From Candidatus Woesearchaeota archaeon (lineage in GTDB: Archaea; Nanobdellota; Nanobdellia; SCGC-AAA011-G17; JACPIM01), in NCBI GenBank assembly GCA_964432435.1, contig CAYSNL010000002.1, forward strand, positions 18,454 to 82,453: DNA of 64,000 nt, given 5' to 3'. The notes beneath the pieces were generated by a model that was not told the origin of the DNA, did not search any database, and saw nothing but the letters and a program-made list of their open reading frames with translations. The translations under genes and the position numbers were made by a program. Positions within the stretch are counted from its first letter, which is position 1, and each line of letters begins with the position of its first letter. Below, piece by piece: positions 19,321-28,414 of this stretch.

Positions 19321-19351
19321 TTTATATAGTATTAGTTCACACTGTGAACTA
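19321..19351 (+). promoter_or_regulatory. divergent promoter: TATA-like box (tttatata, 19321-19328) plus perfect 19-bp palindrome TAGTTCACA-C-TGTGAACTA (19333-19351) abutting the start codon at 19354
   Basis: Read directly; palindrome arms are exact reverse complements. TATA centre lies ~30 nt upstream of the ATG, consistent with a leaderless archaeal transcript. Confidence 0.45.
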
Positions 19352-19353
19352 TA

Positions 19354-19707
19354 ATGAAACAAAATTTCAATGAAATAGAAGTTTGGTATATTTTACCAAC
19401 AATCAGAAGAGAAATAGTTAAAACTCTTTTAAATAAAGGGCTTAGTCAAAATGAAATTGCTAAGAAATTATCCTTAAGGAAGTCTACAATATCACAGTAT
19501 GTTCATAATAAAAGAGGGAAAGAGGTTAAATTTGATGATAACATAAAGAAAGTAATTAATATTGCTGTTCAAAATATATTAATTGATAAGAATTCTAATA
19601 CTGAAATTATGAATGTTTGTAATCTTATTAAAAAAACAAAAACAATTTGTGATATACATAGAATGTATGAAGATGTCCCTTTAGGTTGTGAGGTTTGTAT
19701 AAGATGA
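19354..19707 (+). CDS. small HTH transcription regulator with C-terminal Cys cluster
   Basis: 'LSQNEIAKKLSLRKSTISQY' helix-turn-helix; C-terminal C-x9-C-x13-C-x2-C; immediately upstream of the suf operon. Confidence 0.45.
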   Translation: MKQNFNEIEVWYILPTIRREIVKTLLNKGLSQNEIAKKLSLRKSTISQYVHNKRGKEVKFDDNIKKVINIAVQNILIDKNSNTEIMNVCNLIKKTKTICDIHRMYEDVPLGCEVCIR

Positions 19708-20039
19708 GTAAATTTTTTTCAGGTAAAGTATCAATAAAATCCTTTCAAATAGGGCGTTCTATCGGATTTACACAAAAGGGAAGTAGGTATATACATTCTA
19801 CGATTTTTTATGGTATTTCAGATGGAAAGGACGGATTAGAAGCTCAGTTTATATTTTATCGATTCAGAGATAATCGTCTTGGTGTTTTAAGGTTACCAGT
19901 TCTAGGTTTGGATAATGGATCTGGGCACGTAGATTTCAGTAATGTTAATTTTGGTGACGAATTATTTCCTTATAAATCAGAAAATAGACCAAGGTCTGAG
20001 TATGATAGACTTTGTGAAATACTTATTGGTGGGGTATAA
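19695..20039 (+). CDS. hypothetical protein
   Basis: 114 aa, overlaps upstream gene by 13 nt and ends 2 nt before sufB; no motif. Confidence 0.3.
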   Translation: MYKMSKFFSGKVSIKSFQIGRSIGFTQKGSRYIHSTIFYGISDGKDGLEAQFIFYRFRDNRLGVLRLPVLGLDNGSGHVDFSNVNFGDELFPYKSENRPRSEYDRLCEILIGGV

Positions 20040-20041
20040 TA

Positions 20042-21445
20042 ATGTCAAAAGAACAATTTTTAATAAATAGAGAAATATTAGATCATAAAAATCCAGAAAG
20101 GGCAGTTTTAAAATCTCCTGAAGGATTAACTGATGAAACTGTTAGATTGATTTCAAAAGATAAAGATGAGCCTGAGTGGATATTGAAAAAAAGGTTAGCC
20201 GCTTTTAATTATTTTAAAGATATGCCTATGCCGAGTTGGGGCCCAAGTTTAGTTAATTTAGATTTAGATAAGATTGTTTATTATATCAAACCAGATGAAA
20301 AAGGTGGAGCTAGGAGTTGGGATGATGTTCCTGAAGATATTAAGAATACTTTTGAAAAGTTAGGAATACCAGAAATAGAAAGAAAATCTTTGGCTGGTGC
20401 TGGAGCTATTTACGAAAGTCAGGCTGCTTATCATAATTTAAAAAAGGAGTGGGAAAAGAAAGGGGTTATTTTTGAAGATATGGATGAAGCAGTTAAAAAA
20501 TATCCTGAATTAGTTAAAAAATATTTCATGACAAATTGTGTTCCTATTAATGACCACAAATTTGCTGCTTTACATGGTGCTGTTTGGTCGAGTGGTACAT
20601 TTATCTATGTTCCTAAAAATGTCAAAGTTACTATACCTTTACAAGCATATTTCAGAAAAAATGCTATAAGAGCAGGGCAGTTTGAACATACATTGATAAT
20701 TGCTGATGAAGGAAGTGAAGTTTCTTATGTGGAAGGTTGCTCTAGCCCACAATATAATGAAAGTTCTTTGCATGCTGGCTGTGTTGAGATTTATGTTATG
20801 AAAAACGCAAGAGCAAGATATAGCAGTATAGAAAACTGGAGCAAAGACACTTTTAACTTAAATACGAAAAGGGCCATAGTTGAAGAAAACGGAGTTATTG
20901 AGTGGATAAATGCAAATACTGGATCAGCTTGTACTATGTTATACCCTTCTTCAATATTAAAGGGAAAAAATTCGAAATCTGATTTTATTGGGGTTGCTTT
21001 GGCTGGAAAAGACCAAAACCAGGACACTGGGCATAAAGTCGTCCATTTGGCTGAGAACACTAGTTCAACTGTACAGAGTAAATCCATTAGTTTAGATGGT
21101 GGCATTACAACCTATAGAGGGCAACTTAAGATAGTAAAAGGAGCTAAAAATTCTAAATCAAGTGTTAAATGTGATGCTTTGATCTTGGATGATAAAAGTA
21201 AAAGTGATACGGTGCCATTTATTGAAATTAATGAAGAAAAAGTTGATATTGCTCATGAGGCTACAGCTGGAAAAATAGGTGCTGAGCAGTTATTTTATTT
21301 AATGTCTAGGGGATTAAGTGAAGAAGAGGCTATGAAAATGATTGTTTCTGGTTTTATTGAGCCGATAACCAAAGAATTACCTGGTGAATACGCCCTAGAA
21401 TTCAATAGACTGATAGAATTAGAGATGGAAGGCTCAGTAGGTTAA
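20042..21445 (+). CDS. sufB: Fe-S cluster assembly scaffold SufB
   Basis: 467 aa; SufB/SufD beta-helix family with long N-terminal region typical of SufB. Confidence 0.85.
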   Translation: MSKEQFLINREILDHKNPERAVLKSPEGLTDETVRLISKDKDEPEWILKKRLAAFNYFKDMPMPSWGPSLVNLDLDKIVYYIKPDEKGGARSWDDVPEDIKNTFEKLGIPEIERKSLAGAGAIYESQAAYHNLKKEWEKKGVIFEDMDEAVKKYPELVKKYFMTNCVPINDHKFAALHGAVWSSGTFIYVPKNVKVTIPLQAYFRKNAIRAGQFEHTLIIADEGSEVSYVEGCSSPQYNESSLHAGCVEIYVMKNARARYSSIENWSKDTFNLNTKRAIVEENGVIEWINANTGSACTMLYPSSILKGKNSKSDFIGVALAGKDQNQDTGHKVVHLAENTSSTVQSKSISLDGGITTYRGQLKIVKGAKNSKSSVKCDALILDDKSKSDTVPFIEINEEKVDIAHEATAGKIGAEQLFYLMSRGLSEEEAMKMIVSGFIEPITKELPGEYALEFNRLIELEMEGSVG

Positions 21446-21446
21446 A

Positions 21447-22547
21447 ATGCAAATTAATTTACCAATGGATGGTCCAGATTGGATTATGGAAAAAAGAAAA
21501 GAGTATTTTAACGAATTTGAAAATATGGAGTTAGATCTAAGTTTGAGATACGGGTTAAGTTTAAGGTTTGATTTAACTGGTCTGGATTTAAGTAATATAG
21601 AGTTGGGAAAGAGTAAAATTAAGGTTGATTGTGAAACTTTTGGGTTTGAAAACTTAGGTGAATATGAAGCCTTTTTTACGAATAACTTTGTAGCTGACCA
21701 AGATAAATTTACTTTATACCATGGTAGCTTATTCAATAATCTGGTAATAATGCATGTAAAAGAAGATAAAACTATCAATATTGACATTCTGTTGGAAGAT
21801 AAATATTATGCTGATCATATATTGATTATTATAGAAAAAAATATCAAAGCAAATATTATTGAAGATATAAAAGGGAATTGTAAATTTAGAACTGGTGTTG
21901 TTGAAATTTATTTAAAAGAGAATTCCAAATTAAATTACTTCTTAGTGGATGAGGTAAAGGAAGGGAACAACTTTACTATTTATAGGGGTTTATTAGATAA
22001 AGATAGTGAATTCAATATGGTTTCTAGTTTATTTTCTAATGGTATTAACAGAATGGAGAATAGTGTTGTGATGAAAGGTGAGAATGCTAGAAGCGAGGTA
22101 TATAATATTTATTTTGGAAATGAAAATAGTAGATATGATATTTATAATGCTATAATCCATAGAAACAGAGATTGTTTTAGCAATATGTTGAGTAAAGGCG
22201 TTGTGAAAGATAAAGCCCAAACTATTCATAGAGGGCTAATTGAAATTAAAAAAAATTTTCCAGGAAATAATGGTTATCAGAGAGAAGAGGCCTTAATCTT
22301 AAATGAAGGTGCAAAAGCGAATGCAGTTCCGAATTTAAAAATAGATAATGATGATGTTAGATGCACTCATGGAGTTGTTATAACTTATTTAGACGATGAG
22401 AAATTGTTTTATTTAATGAGCAGAGGGTTAAGTAGAGAAGAGGCTATTAGAAATTATCTGATTGGTTATTTTTTTCCTGTTATAACTAAATTTCCTGAAA
22501 ATTTGAAAGAAAAGATTATTAAAATAGTTTATGAGAAGTTAAAATGA
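21447..22547 (+). CDS. sufD: Fe-S cluster assembly protein SufD
   Basis: 366 aa SufB/D paralog directly after sufB; shared C-terminal 'KLFYLMSRGLS-EEA' block with SufB. Confidence 0.75.
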   Translation: MQINLPMDGPDWIMEKRKEYFNEFENMELDLSLRYGLSLRFDLTGLDLSNIELGKSKIKVDCETFGFENLGEYEAFFTNNFVADQDKFTLYHGSLFNNLVIMHVKEDKTINIDILLEDKYYADHILIIIEKNIKANIIEDIKGNCKFRTGVVEIYLKENSKLNYFLVDEVKEGNNFTIYRGLLDKDSEFNMVSSLFSNGINRMENSVVMKGENARSEVYNIYFGNENSRYDIYNAIIHRNRDCFSNMLSKGVVKDKAQTIHRGLIEIKKNFPGNNGYQREEALILNEGAKANAVPNLKIDNDDVRCTHGVVITYLDDEKLFYLMSRGLSREEAIRNYLIGYFFPVITKFPENLKEKIIKIVYEKLK

Positions 22548-23737
22548 GAAAAGAAGATTTTCCACTGTTGAATAAGAGAAAAATAATTTATTTAGATAGT
22601 GCTGCTACTACTCAGAAACCAGCTAGTGTAATTTATGCAATTAACGAGTTTTATACAAAATATAACTCTAATGTTCATAGGGGAGTTTATTCAATAAGTG
22701 AAGAGGCTACTTTAGAATATGAATCTTCAAGAGGAAAAGTTGCTGAGTTTATTAATGCTTTACCTTCTGAAATAATCTTTACAAAAGGAACAACTGAAAG
22801 CTTGAATTTGCTGGCTTATTCTTTGACTAGTGACTTAAAAGAAGATGATGAAATCTTATTAAGCGAAATGGAACATCACTCTAACCTAGTTCCCTGGCAA
22901 CAGTTAGCAAAAAAAAAGGACCTAAAGTTAAAATTCATTCCAATTAATGAAAATGGTGAACTAGAATTTAATCCGGATATTATAACTAAAGACACAAAGA
23001 TAGTTTCTATTACTCATGTTTCTAATGTTTTTGGAACTGTGAATGATATTAAAGCAATAGTTAAAGAAGCTCACAAGAAAGGAGCTTTAGTCATAGTGGA
23101 TGGAGCACAAAGTGTACCACATATGAAGGTCGATGTTAAAGATTTAAATGTTGATTTTTTAGTGTTTTCAGGACATAAAATGTTAGGGCCCATGGGTGTT
23201 GGTGTTTTATATGGTAAACTTGACTTATTAGACAGAATGACTCCGTTCAATTATGGAGGGGATATGATAAAAAAAGTATCATTAGAGAACACAGAATTCA
23301 ATGATATTCCTTGGAAATTTGAAGCTGGCACACCAAATGTTGTAGGTGTTATAGGATTAAAAAAAGCGATTGAGTATATTAACGAGGTTAGGATTGAGAA
23401 TATTGAAAAACATAGCAAGGAGCTAGCAAAATATGCAGTTGAAAAACTAAAAGAAATTGGGATTAAAGTTTATGGCAATCCCAGAAATAAATTGGGGATA
23501 GTTTCCTTTAACTTGAATGGAATGCATCCTCATGATGTTTCTAGTCTATTAGACCAGGAAGGAATATGTATAAGAGGCGGACATATGTGTTGCATGCCAT
23601 TAATGAATAAACTTGGTGTAAACGGAGCTTGTAGAATCAGTTTTTATATGTATAATGAGAAAGAAGAGGTTGATATGGTAATAAATACCTTAAATAAGAT
23701 TTTTGTTTTAGCAGGAAAAAATGGAATTACTTTATGA
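22544..23737 (+). CDS. sufS: cysteine desulfurase SufS (class V aminotransferase)
   Basis: 'FSGHKMLGPMGVGVLYG' PLP-lysine block, 'RGGHMCCMP' active-site Cys loop. Confidence 0.9.
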   Translation: MRKEDFPLLNKRKIIYLDSAATTQKPASVIYAINEFYTKYNSNVHRGVYSISEEATLEYESSRGKVAEFINALPSEIIFTKGTTESLNLLAYSLTSDLKEDDEILLSEMEHHSNLVPWQQLAKKKDLKLKFIPINENGELEFNPDIITKDTKIVSITHVSNVFGTVNDIKAIVKEAHKKGALVIVDGAQSVPHMKVDVKDLNVDFLVFSGHKMLGPMGVGVLYGKLDLLDRMTPFNYGGDMIKKVSLENTEFNDIPWKFEAGTPNVVGVIGLKKAIEYINEVRIENIEKHSKELAKYAVEKLKEIGIKVYGNPRNKLGIVSFNLNGMHPHDVSSLLDQEGICIRGGHMCCMPLMNKLGVNGACRISFYMYNEKEEVDMVINTLNKIFVLAGKNGITL

Positions 23738-24107
23738 AGAATTGATGGATCATTATAAAGATCCTAGGAATTATGGCATCTTAGAAGATTTTGATATTAG
23801 GCAATCTGACTCAAACCCCTTATGTGGTGATGAGGTTGTATTTACTGTTAAGATTGAAAATTCTAGGATTAAAGATATTAAATTTTCTGGTGCCGGATGC
23901 GCTATAAGTAAATCTTCTGATTCTATATTGACAGAATATGTTAAAGGTAAAACTATTATCGAGGTTCTGGAAATGAGTAGTGATGATTTTTTGAAGGTTT
24001 ATGGCTTCAAGCCAACTCCAATGAGGATAAAGTGCGCCTTACTCGGGTTTATTGCATTAAAGAAAGGTATTATTGTGTATTTGGGAGAAAAAAATGTTAG
24101 AGATTAG
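23721..24107 (+). CDS. sufU: SufU/IscU-like sulfur acceptor
   Basis: 'HYKDPRNYG', 'NPLCGDEV', 'SGAGCAIS' conserved Cys/Asp ligand blocks. Confidence 0.8.
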   Translation: MELLYEELMDHYKDPRNYGILEDFDIRQSDSNPLCGDEVVFTVKIENSRIKDIKFSGAGCAISKSSDSILTEYVKGKTIIEVLEMSSDDFLKVYGFKPTPMRIKCALLGFIALKKGIIVYLGEKNVRD

Positions 24108-24831
24108 GAATCTATGTGTAAATGTTGAAGGTAACCAAATATTAAAAGGTGTAAACTTAATAGCTAAAGATAATGAAGTAACTGTTTTAATGGGTCCGAA
24201 TGGTAGTGGTAAGTCAACTTTAGCAAATACTTTGATGGGTCATCCTAAATTTGAGGTTACTAAAGGAGAGATTGAATTAAACGGGGTTTCATTAAAAGAA
24301 CTAAGCCCTGATAAAAGAGCTAGGCTTGGATTATTTTTAAGTTTTCAATATCCACAAGAAATTTCTGGAATATCTGTTATAAACTTTTTGAGGGTTGCTT
24401 ATAATTCCATTAAAGAGAAGAAATTAGGCCTACTAGAGTTTAGGAAACTAATTGAGGGAAAAATGGAATTACTTAAAGTGGATAAAACTTTTGGTGATCG
24501 ATTTTTAAATCAAGGATTCTCTGGTGGAGAGAAAAAAAGAAATGAGATCCTACAGCTGGTTGTTTTAGAACCTAGATTTGCAATATTAGATGAAACCGAT
24601 TCTGGAACTGATGTAGACGCATTGAAAATAATAGCTAATGGATTAAATGCTGTTAAAAGTAATACTAAAATGGGTTGTCTTATTATAACTCATTATAGTA
24701 GAATACTCAAATATATAAAAGCAGATAGGGTTTTTATAATGGTGGATGGCAAGATGGTTAAAGAAGGTGGAAAAGAACTAGCTGATGAAATTGAGGATAA
24801 AGGATACTCAAAATACATCATAGATAAGTAG
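24094..24831 (+). CDS. sufC: Fe-S cluster assembly ATPase SufC
   Basis: Walker A 'GPNGSGKST', ABC signature 'GFSGGEKKR', Walker B 'ILDETDSG'. Confidence 0.9.
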   Translation: MLEIRNLCVNVEGNQILKGVNLIAKDNEVTVLMGPNGSGKSTLANTLMGHPKFEVTKGEIELNGVSLKELSPDKRARLGLFLSFQYPQEISGISVINFLRVAYNSIKEKKLGLLEFRKLIEGKMELLKVDKTFGDRFLNQGFSGGEKKRNEILQLVVLEPRFAILDETDSGTDVDALKIIANGLNAVKSNTKMGCLIITHYSRILKYIKADRVFIMVDGKMVKEGGKELADEIEDKGYSKYIIDK

Positions 24832-24920
24832 TTATGTTCCTACATAAAATATAAGCATATTAATTTTATCTAAAGATACTTTGTCAAGAAATTAGGCAGA
24901 TTATAGTATGTTATATTTAT

Positions 24921-25490
24921 TTAAGAAAAACTTTGTCCGCAACCACACGTTGATGTTGCGCTTGGATTTGAGACCTTGAAACCTGCTCCTTGTAATGCCT
25001 CTACATAATCTATAGTTGAGCCTTTTATCATATCTAAACTTTCTTGGTCGATTAAAACTTTGACTCCGTTTTCTTCTATTACAATGTCTCCATCTTCTTT
25101 GGAATCTGTTAGTTCAAAATCATAATGATAGCCAGCGCAACCACCAGGACTAACTCTTATCTTTAATCCTTCTATGTGTTTTTTTTGGTTAGAAGCGATT
25201 TCCTTTAATTTATCCATCGCTTTTCTTGTTAACGTTATTTGTTTATTTTCTTCTATGTCTGTTATAGAGTCTGAAATAGTTTTATTAATTTCATCTACTA
25301 GTTTATTCATTTGTTCCTCTGTCATTCCGTGACCTAAGGTTCCCTGTTCTAAAGTTTCCCAATAAGATACATGGCAGCCTATACAGTGTAGGCCATTTGC
25401 TAACATGACCTCAATAGCTGCAGGGTATTTTTGGACTATATCTCCCATTGTCATGTCTTTTGTGACATGTTGTTGAATTGTCTTTTGCAT
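24921..25490 (-). CDS. DUF1858-like domain fused to A-type Fe-S carrier (IscA/HesB)
   Basis: C-terminus 'TCGCGQSFS' = IscA C-GCG-SF signature plus upstream Cys ('GGCAGY'); N-terminal 'GLHCIGCHVS' domain. Confidence 0.6.
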   Translation of the reverse strand: MQKTIQQHVTKDMTMGDIVQKYPAAIEVMLANGLHCIGCHVSYWETLEQGTLGHGMTEEQMNKLVDEINKTISDSITDIEENKQITLTRKAMDKLKEIASNQKKHIEGLKIRVSPGGCAGYHYDFELTDSKEDGDIVIEENGVKVLIDQESLDMIKGSTIDYVEALQGAGFKVSNPSATSTCGCGQSFS

Positions 25491-25571
25491 ATTAATTTTA
25501 TAATTAAACTGATTTTATAAAGCTTGCGTTTATTTATTAAAACAGGCATATTGTTGTCTTTCGTTAACAAT

Positions 25572-26483
25572 CTACTTTATTTCCCCTAACAAAATACAAG
25601 CCTTACAAATCTCTTTTGAGGTAGCTGAACCACATTTTTTACAGCTATTTACTTTTGCGTTTTTGAAATTTTCTTTTATTGAAGGTAGGATTGATAAAAA
25701 AGACGAGACAATGTTATATTTTGTACCAGGATAATTTTTTTCAAATTGATTTAACAGCTCAAGAACAGAATTTCTGTAGCTTAATTTAGCGTTTGGGCAT
25801 TCAACATATTTATCCATGATGTGATTAATAAAAGCGAATGTTGCTATTTCTTTTTCAGTTAAAAAATAGAATGGTTTTATTCTTCTTATAAACTTAGAAT
25901 CCTCTACTATGCCGGTTACTGGTCCTAAAACCGCTGAAGCTCTTGTATTTTTTCTAAACTGGTTCATTAAAATTGTTTGTGCTTCATCATCTAAATTATG
26001 CCCTGTTGCCAGTTTATTAACTCCTAATTCTAACGCTTTATCATTTAATATTTTTCTCCTAAAAACACCGCAAAAAGTACATGGTATGGTTTCTGGTCTT
26101 TTCTTTTTTATTTCGTCTAATGTTTTTCCGAACTCTTTTTTAAAAGAAAAAATATGAAGTTTGATTTCGTTTTTTTTACAGAGATATTTTACAAATTTGA
26201 AATTTGGATCTCTATAATTTTTAATTCCTTCGTCTATTGATAAGGCTATTAATTTTACTTTTGTGGGCTTGAAAATTTTATTTAAAATATATAATAAAGA
26301 CATAGAATCCTTTCCACCACTTACAGCGATTCCAATAGTATCGTTTTTGTCAACCATATTATAGATTCTAATTGTCTTTCTTACTTTTCTTTCAAAATAA
26401 AGATTGAAATGTTTTTTACAAAGAGAAACATTGCTATTTGGAAGATTAATTACGGGGTTTATTTTACAATTATTACATCCCAT
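25572..26483 (-). CDS. tRNA thiolation PP-loop ATPase (Ncs6/Ctu1/TtuA family)
   Basis: PP-loop 'VSGGKDS'; N-terminal 'CNNCK...C' and C-terminal 'CKKCG...CKAC' zinc-finger pairs. Confidence 0.75.
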   Translation of the reverse strand: MGCNNCKINPVINLPNSNVSLCKKHFNLYFERKVRKTIRIYNMVDKNDTIGIAVSGGKDSMSLLYILNKIFKPTKVKLIALSIDEGIKNYRDPNFKFVKYLCKKNEIKLHIFSFKKEFGKTLDEIKKKRPETIPCTFCGVFRRKILNDKALELGVNKLATGHNLDDEAQTILMNQFRKNTRASAVLGPVTGIVEDSKFIRRIKPFYFLTEKEIATFAFINHIMDKYVECPNAKLSYRNSVLELLNQFEKNYPGTKYNIVSSFLSILPSIKENFKNAKVNSCKKCGSATSKEICKACILLGEIK

Positions 26484-26524
26484 AACGATACTTCAAAGTA
26501 TGTTATTTATAAGGTTTATCACTT

Positions 26525-26665
26525 TTATATCTGGATTAGTTGAAGAATTCCAGTTATTAATAACCAAAGACCTACTGCAATGTTCAGAGACTTTGGCCAA
26601 ATCAAAATAATTAAACCTACAATAATAGCCAATACGGCTGATATTGTTATAGAAACTATTGCCAT
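26525..26665 (-). CDS. small hydrophobic membrane protein (46 aa)
   Basis: Hand-translated minus-strand ORF MAIVSITISAVLAIIVGLIILIWPKSLNIAVGLWLLITGILQLIQI; two TM segments; not in the ORF track (too short). Confidence 0.3.
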   Translation of the reverse strand: MAIVSITISAVLAIIVGLIILIWPKSLNIAVGLWLLITGILQLIQI

Positions 26666-26707
26666 CTATTATTATAAATTGTTTGTATATTTAAAACTAA
26701 TCTTTAG

Positions 26708-26920
26708 TTAACCGCCAGAAATAACACTTAACAATTTAATTTCATCATTGTTATTTAATTTAGTTTTTTCTGTTATTAATTCGTTATTTCTTGTTATTAT
26801 AACTGTGTTAGGATCAATATTTATTTTATTGAATAATTCATTAAAATTATTAACATTTACTAATTTTTTTTCATTTGTTCTTTCAATAAAGACTTTAATT
26901 TTCATATTTTTAATTTCCAA
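26708..26920 (-). CDS. ubiquitin-like small archaeal modifier/sulfur-carrier protein (SAMP/MoaD/ThiS fold)
   Basis: 70 aa ending '...LLSVISGG*' with diglycine directly before the stop; 11-nt overlap with the upstream E1. Confidence 0.65.
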   Translation of the reverse strand: MEIKNMKIKVFIERTNEKKLVNVNNFNELFNKINIDPNTVIITRNNELITEKTKLNNNDEIKLLSVISGG

Positions 26921-27848
26921 TATATTTAGAATATAAACTTTTTGCTTCCTTTTCAGAATTAGCTTTTATTAAAACTGAATTTTTAAATATTGTTAAATTT
27001 TTGAATTGAAACGCTGTTTTAAAATCTTTAATTCCAAATCTTTTTAAGTTTGATTTTATTTTATTAAAGTTGAAGTCTCCATTTATTTTATAAGTCCCCG
27101 GGATGCAGTATCTTACAAAATTTAATTGTTTTTTATTACTTAAATATTCAAATTTTTTATTACAGTGGGTACAATTAGTGTCTTTTTTTACTTTTATTTT
27201 TAATAATTCATTTTTATTTATATTAAAGAAAATTAAATCTTTTTCTGGAGTTTTATTTGTTAATATCTTGATTGCTTCGTTTACTTGAAGTGAGGATATT
27301 AAACTTGTGATGGTGTTTAAAATTCCAGAAGTTGCACAAGTTTCTCCTGTTTTCAAATCTTTTAAGATACATTTTATGCAAGGTCCTTTAGGTAGGATAT
27401 TAAAAATGTAACCAGAATCTTTAATAGCTGATGAATAGATCCAAGGAATGTTATTTTTAGTACAAAATTCATTTATTAAAAATCTTGTTTCTAAATTATC
27501 AGTGCAGTCTAAAATTAAATCTGATTTTATTATATTTACATTTTTATAATTTAAATCATCAAAATAAGATTTGATTTTTATTTCAGAATTTATTTCATTT
27601 AAAACTTTTCTAACTATTACTGCTTTAGGTTTATTCAAATGTTTTTCTGTAAACAAAGTTTGTCTTTGTAGATTAGTTAGTTCTACTAAGTCACGGTCAA
27701 TTAATATTAATTTTCCAATTCCTGCTCTAGTTAATAAATTAGCTGATGTTGAACCAAGAGCACCTAATCCAACTATTGAAACTGTTGATTTTTTTAATTT
27801 TTCTTGAGCTTTTTTTCCAATTAAGATTTCCTGACGTAAATAGCGCAT
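26910..27848 (-). CDS. E1-like ubiquitin-activating enzyme homolog (MoeB/ThiF/UbaA)
   Basis: 'RQEILIG...VSIVGLGALGSTSANLLTRAGIGKLILIDRDLVELTNLQRQ' nucleotide-binding fold; CxxC pairs 'CIKC' and 'CATSG'; ~90-aa extra C-terminal region containing 'CTHC'. Confidence 0.8.
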   Translation of the reverse strand: MRYLRQEILIGKKAQEKLKKSTVSIVGLGALGSTSANLLTRAGIGKLILIDRDLVELTNLQRQTLFTEKHLNKPKAVIVRKVLNEINSEIKIKSYFDDLNYKNVNIIKSDLILDCTDNLETRFLINEFCTKNNIPWIYSSAIKDSGYIFNILPKGPCIKCILKDLKTGETCATSGILNTITSLISSLQVNEAIKILTNKTPEKDLIFFNINKNELLKIKVKKDTNCTHCNKKFEYLSNKKQLNFVRYCIPGTYKINGDFNFNKIKSNLKRFGIKDFKTAFQFKNLTIFKNSVLIKANSEKEAKSLYSKYIGN

Positions 27849-27879
27849 GTAACTATTTTAGTAGTAAACATTTAAAAAA

Positions 27880-28203
27880 TTAACTAAAATCAAAAAAAAG
27901 TTTAAATTCTGGCACTAATCTTGGATATTTTTTTCTAAGCCACTCTTCAATGAAGTTTGTGTAACAATACGCACAGGAATTCATGTTATTTTTACAAAAT
28001 AAACATGGAAGGTTATTGGAGTAATCTGTAATGGTTTTAAACTCTTTAGTTTGTTTTTTAAGACTTGGTATAAGTCTTGGTTCTCTTTTTCTAAGCCATA
28101 CTTCTATTTCTTTTTCTAAACAGTCTTGGCATACCGGGTTAGTTATTGCTTCCTGGCATGCAATGCATACATTTTCCATATTTTTTTGTTTCATTTTTAA
28201 CAC
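27880..28203 (-). CDS. internally duplicated zinc-ribbon protein, unknown function
   Basis: Two repeats of C-x2-C-x6/7-C-x2-C followed by 'E(V/E)WLRK(R/K)xPRL(I/V)P': CIACQEAITNPVCQDC..EVWLRKREPRLIP / CLFCKNNMNSCAYC..EEWLRKKYPRLVP. Confidence 0.4.
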   Translation of the reverse strand: MLKMKQKNMENVCIACQEAITNPVCQDCLEKEIEVWLRKREPRLIPSLKKQTKEFKTITDYSNNLPCLFCKNNMNSCAYCYTNFIEEWLRKKYPRLVPEFKLFFDFS

Positions 28204-28414
28204 CCCACGAGAATGAAAAAGTTATAAATGAAGATTAAAAGCCTTTGACAATAAATGTCGGACAGGCTAATCTAAATAAAATAGAATTAATATTCCATGT
28301 ATATAAACTTAAATGCATAAGAAAAAATGAGATTTTTTTATTTAAAAGGATTTGCTATATTAAGTATATACTTTAAAAAATTATTTAAACCTTTAAAATG
28401 TACTAATAACCAAG

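Noticed and set aside
26404-26610. 68-aa plus-strand ORF overlapping the Ncs6 start
   Set aside because: It overlaps the N-terminus of the PP-loop ATPase. The better-supported small gene in this spacer is the 46-aa membrane peptide on the minus strand (26525..26665).
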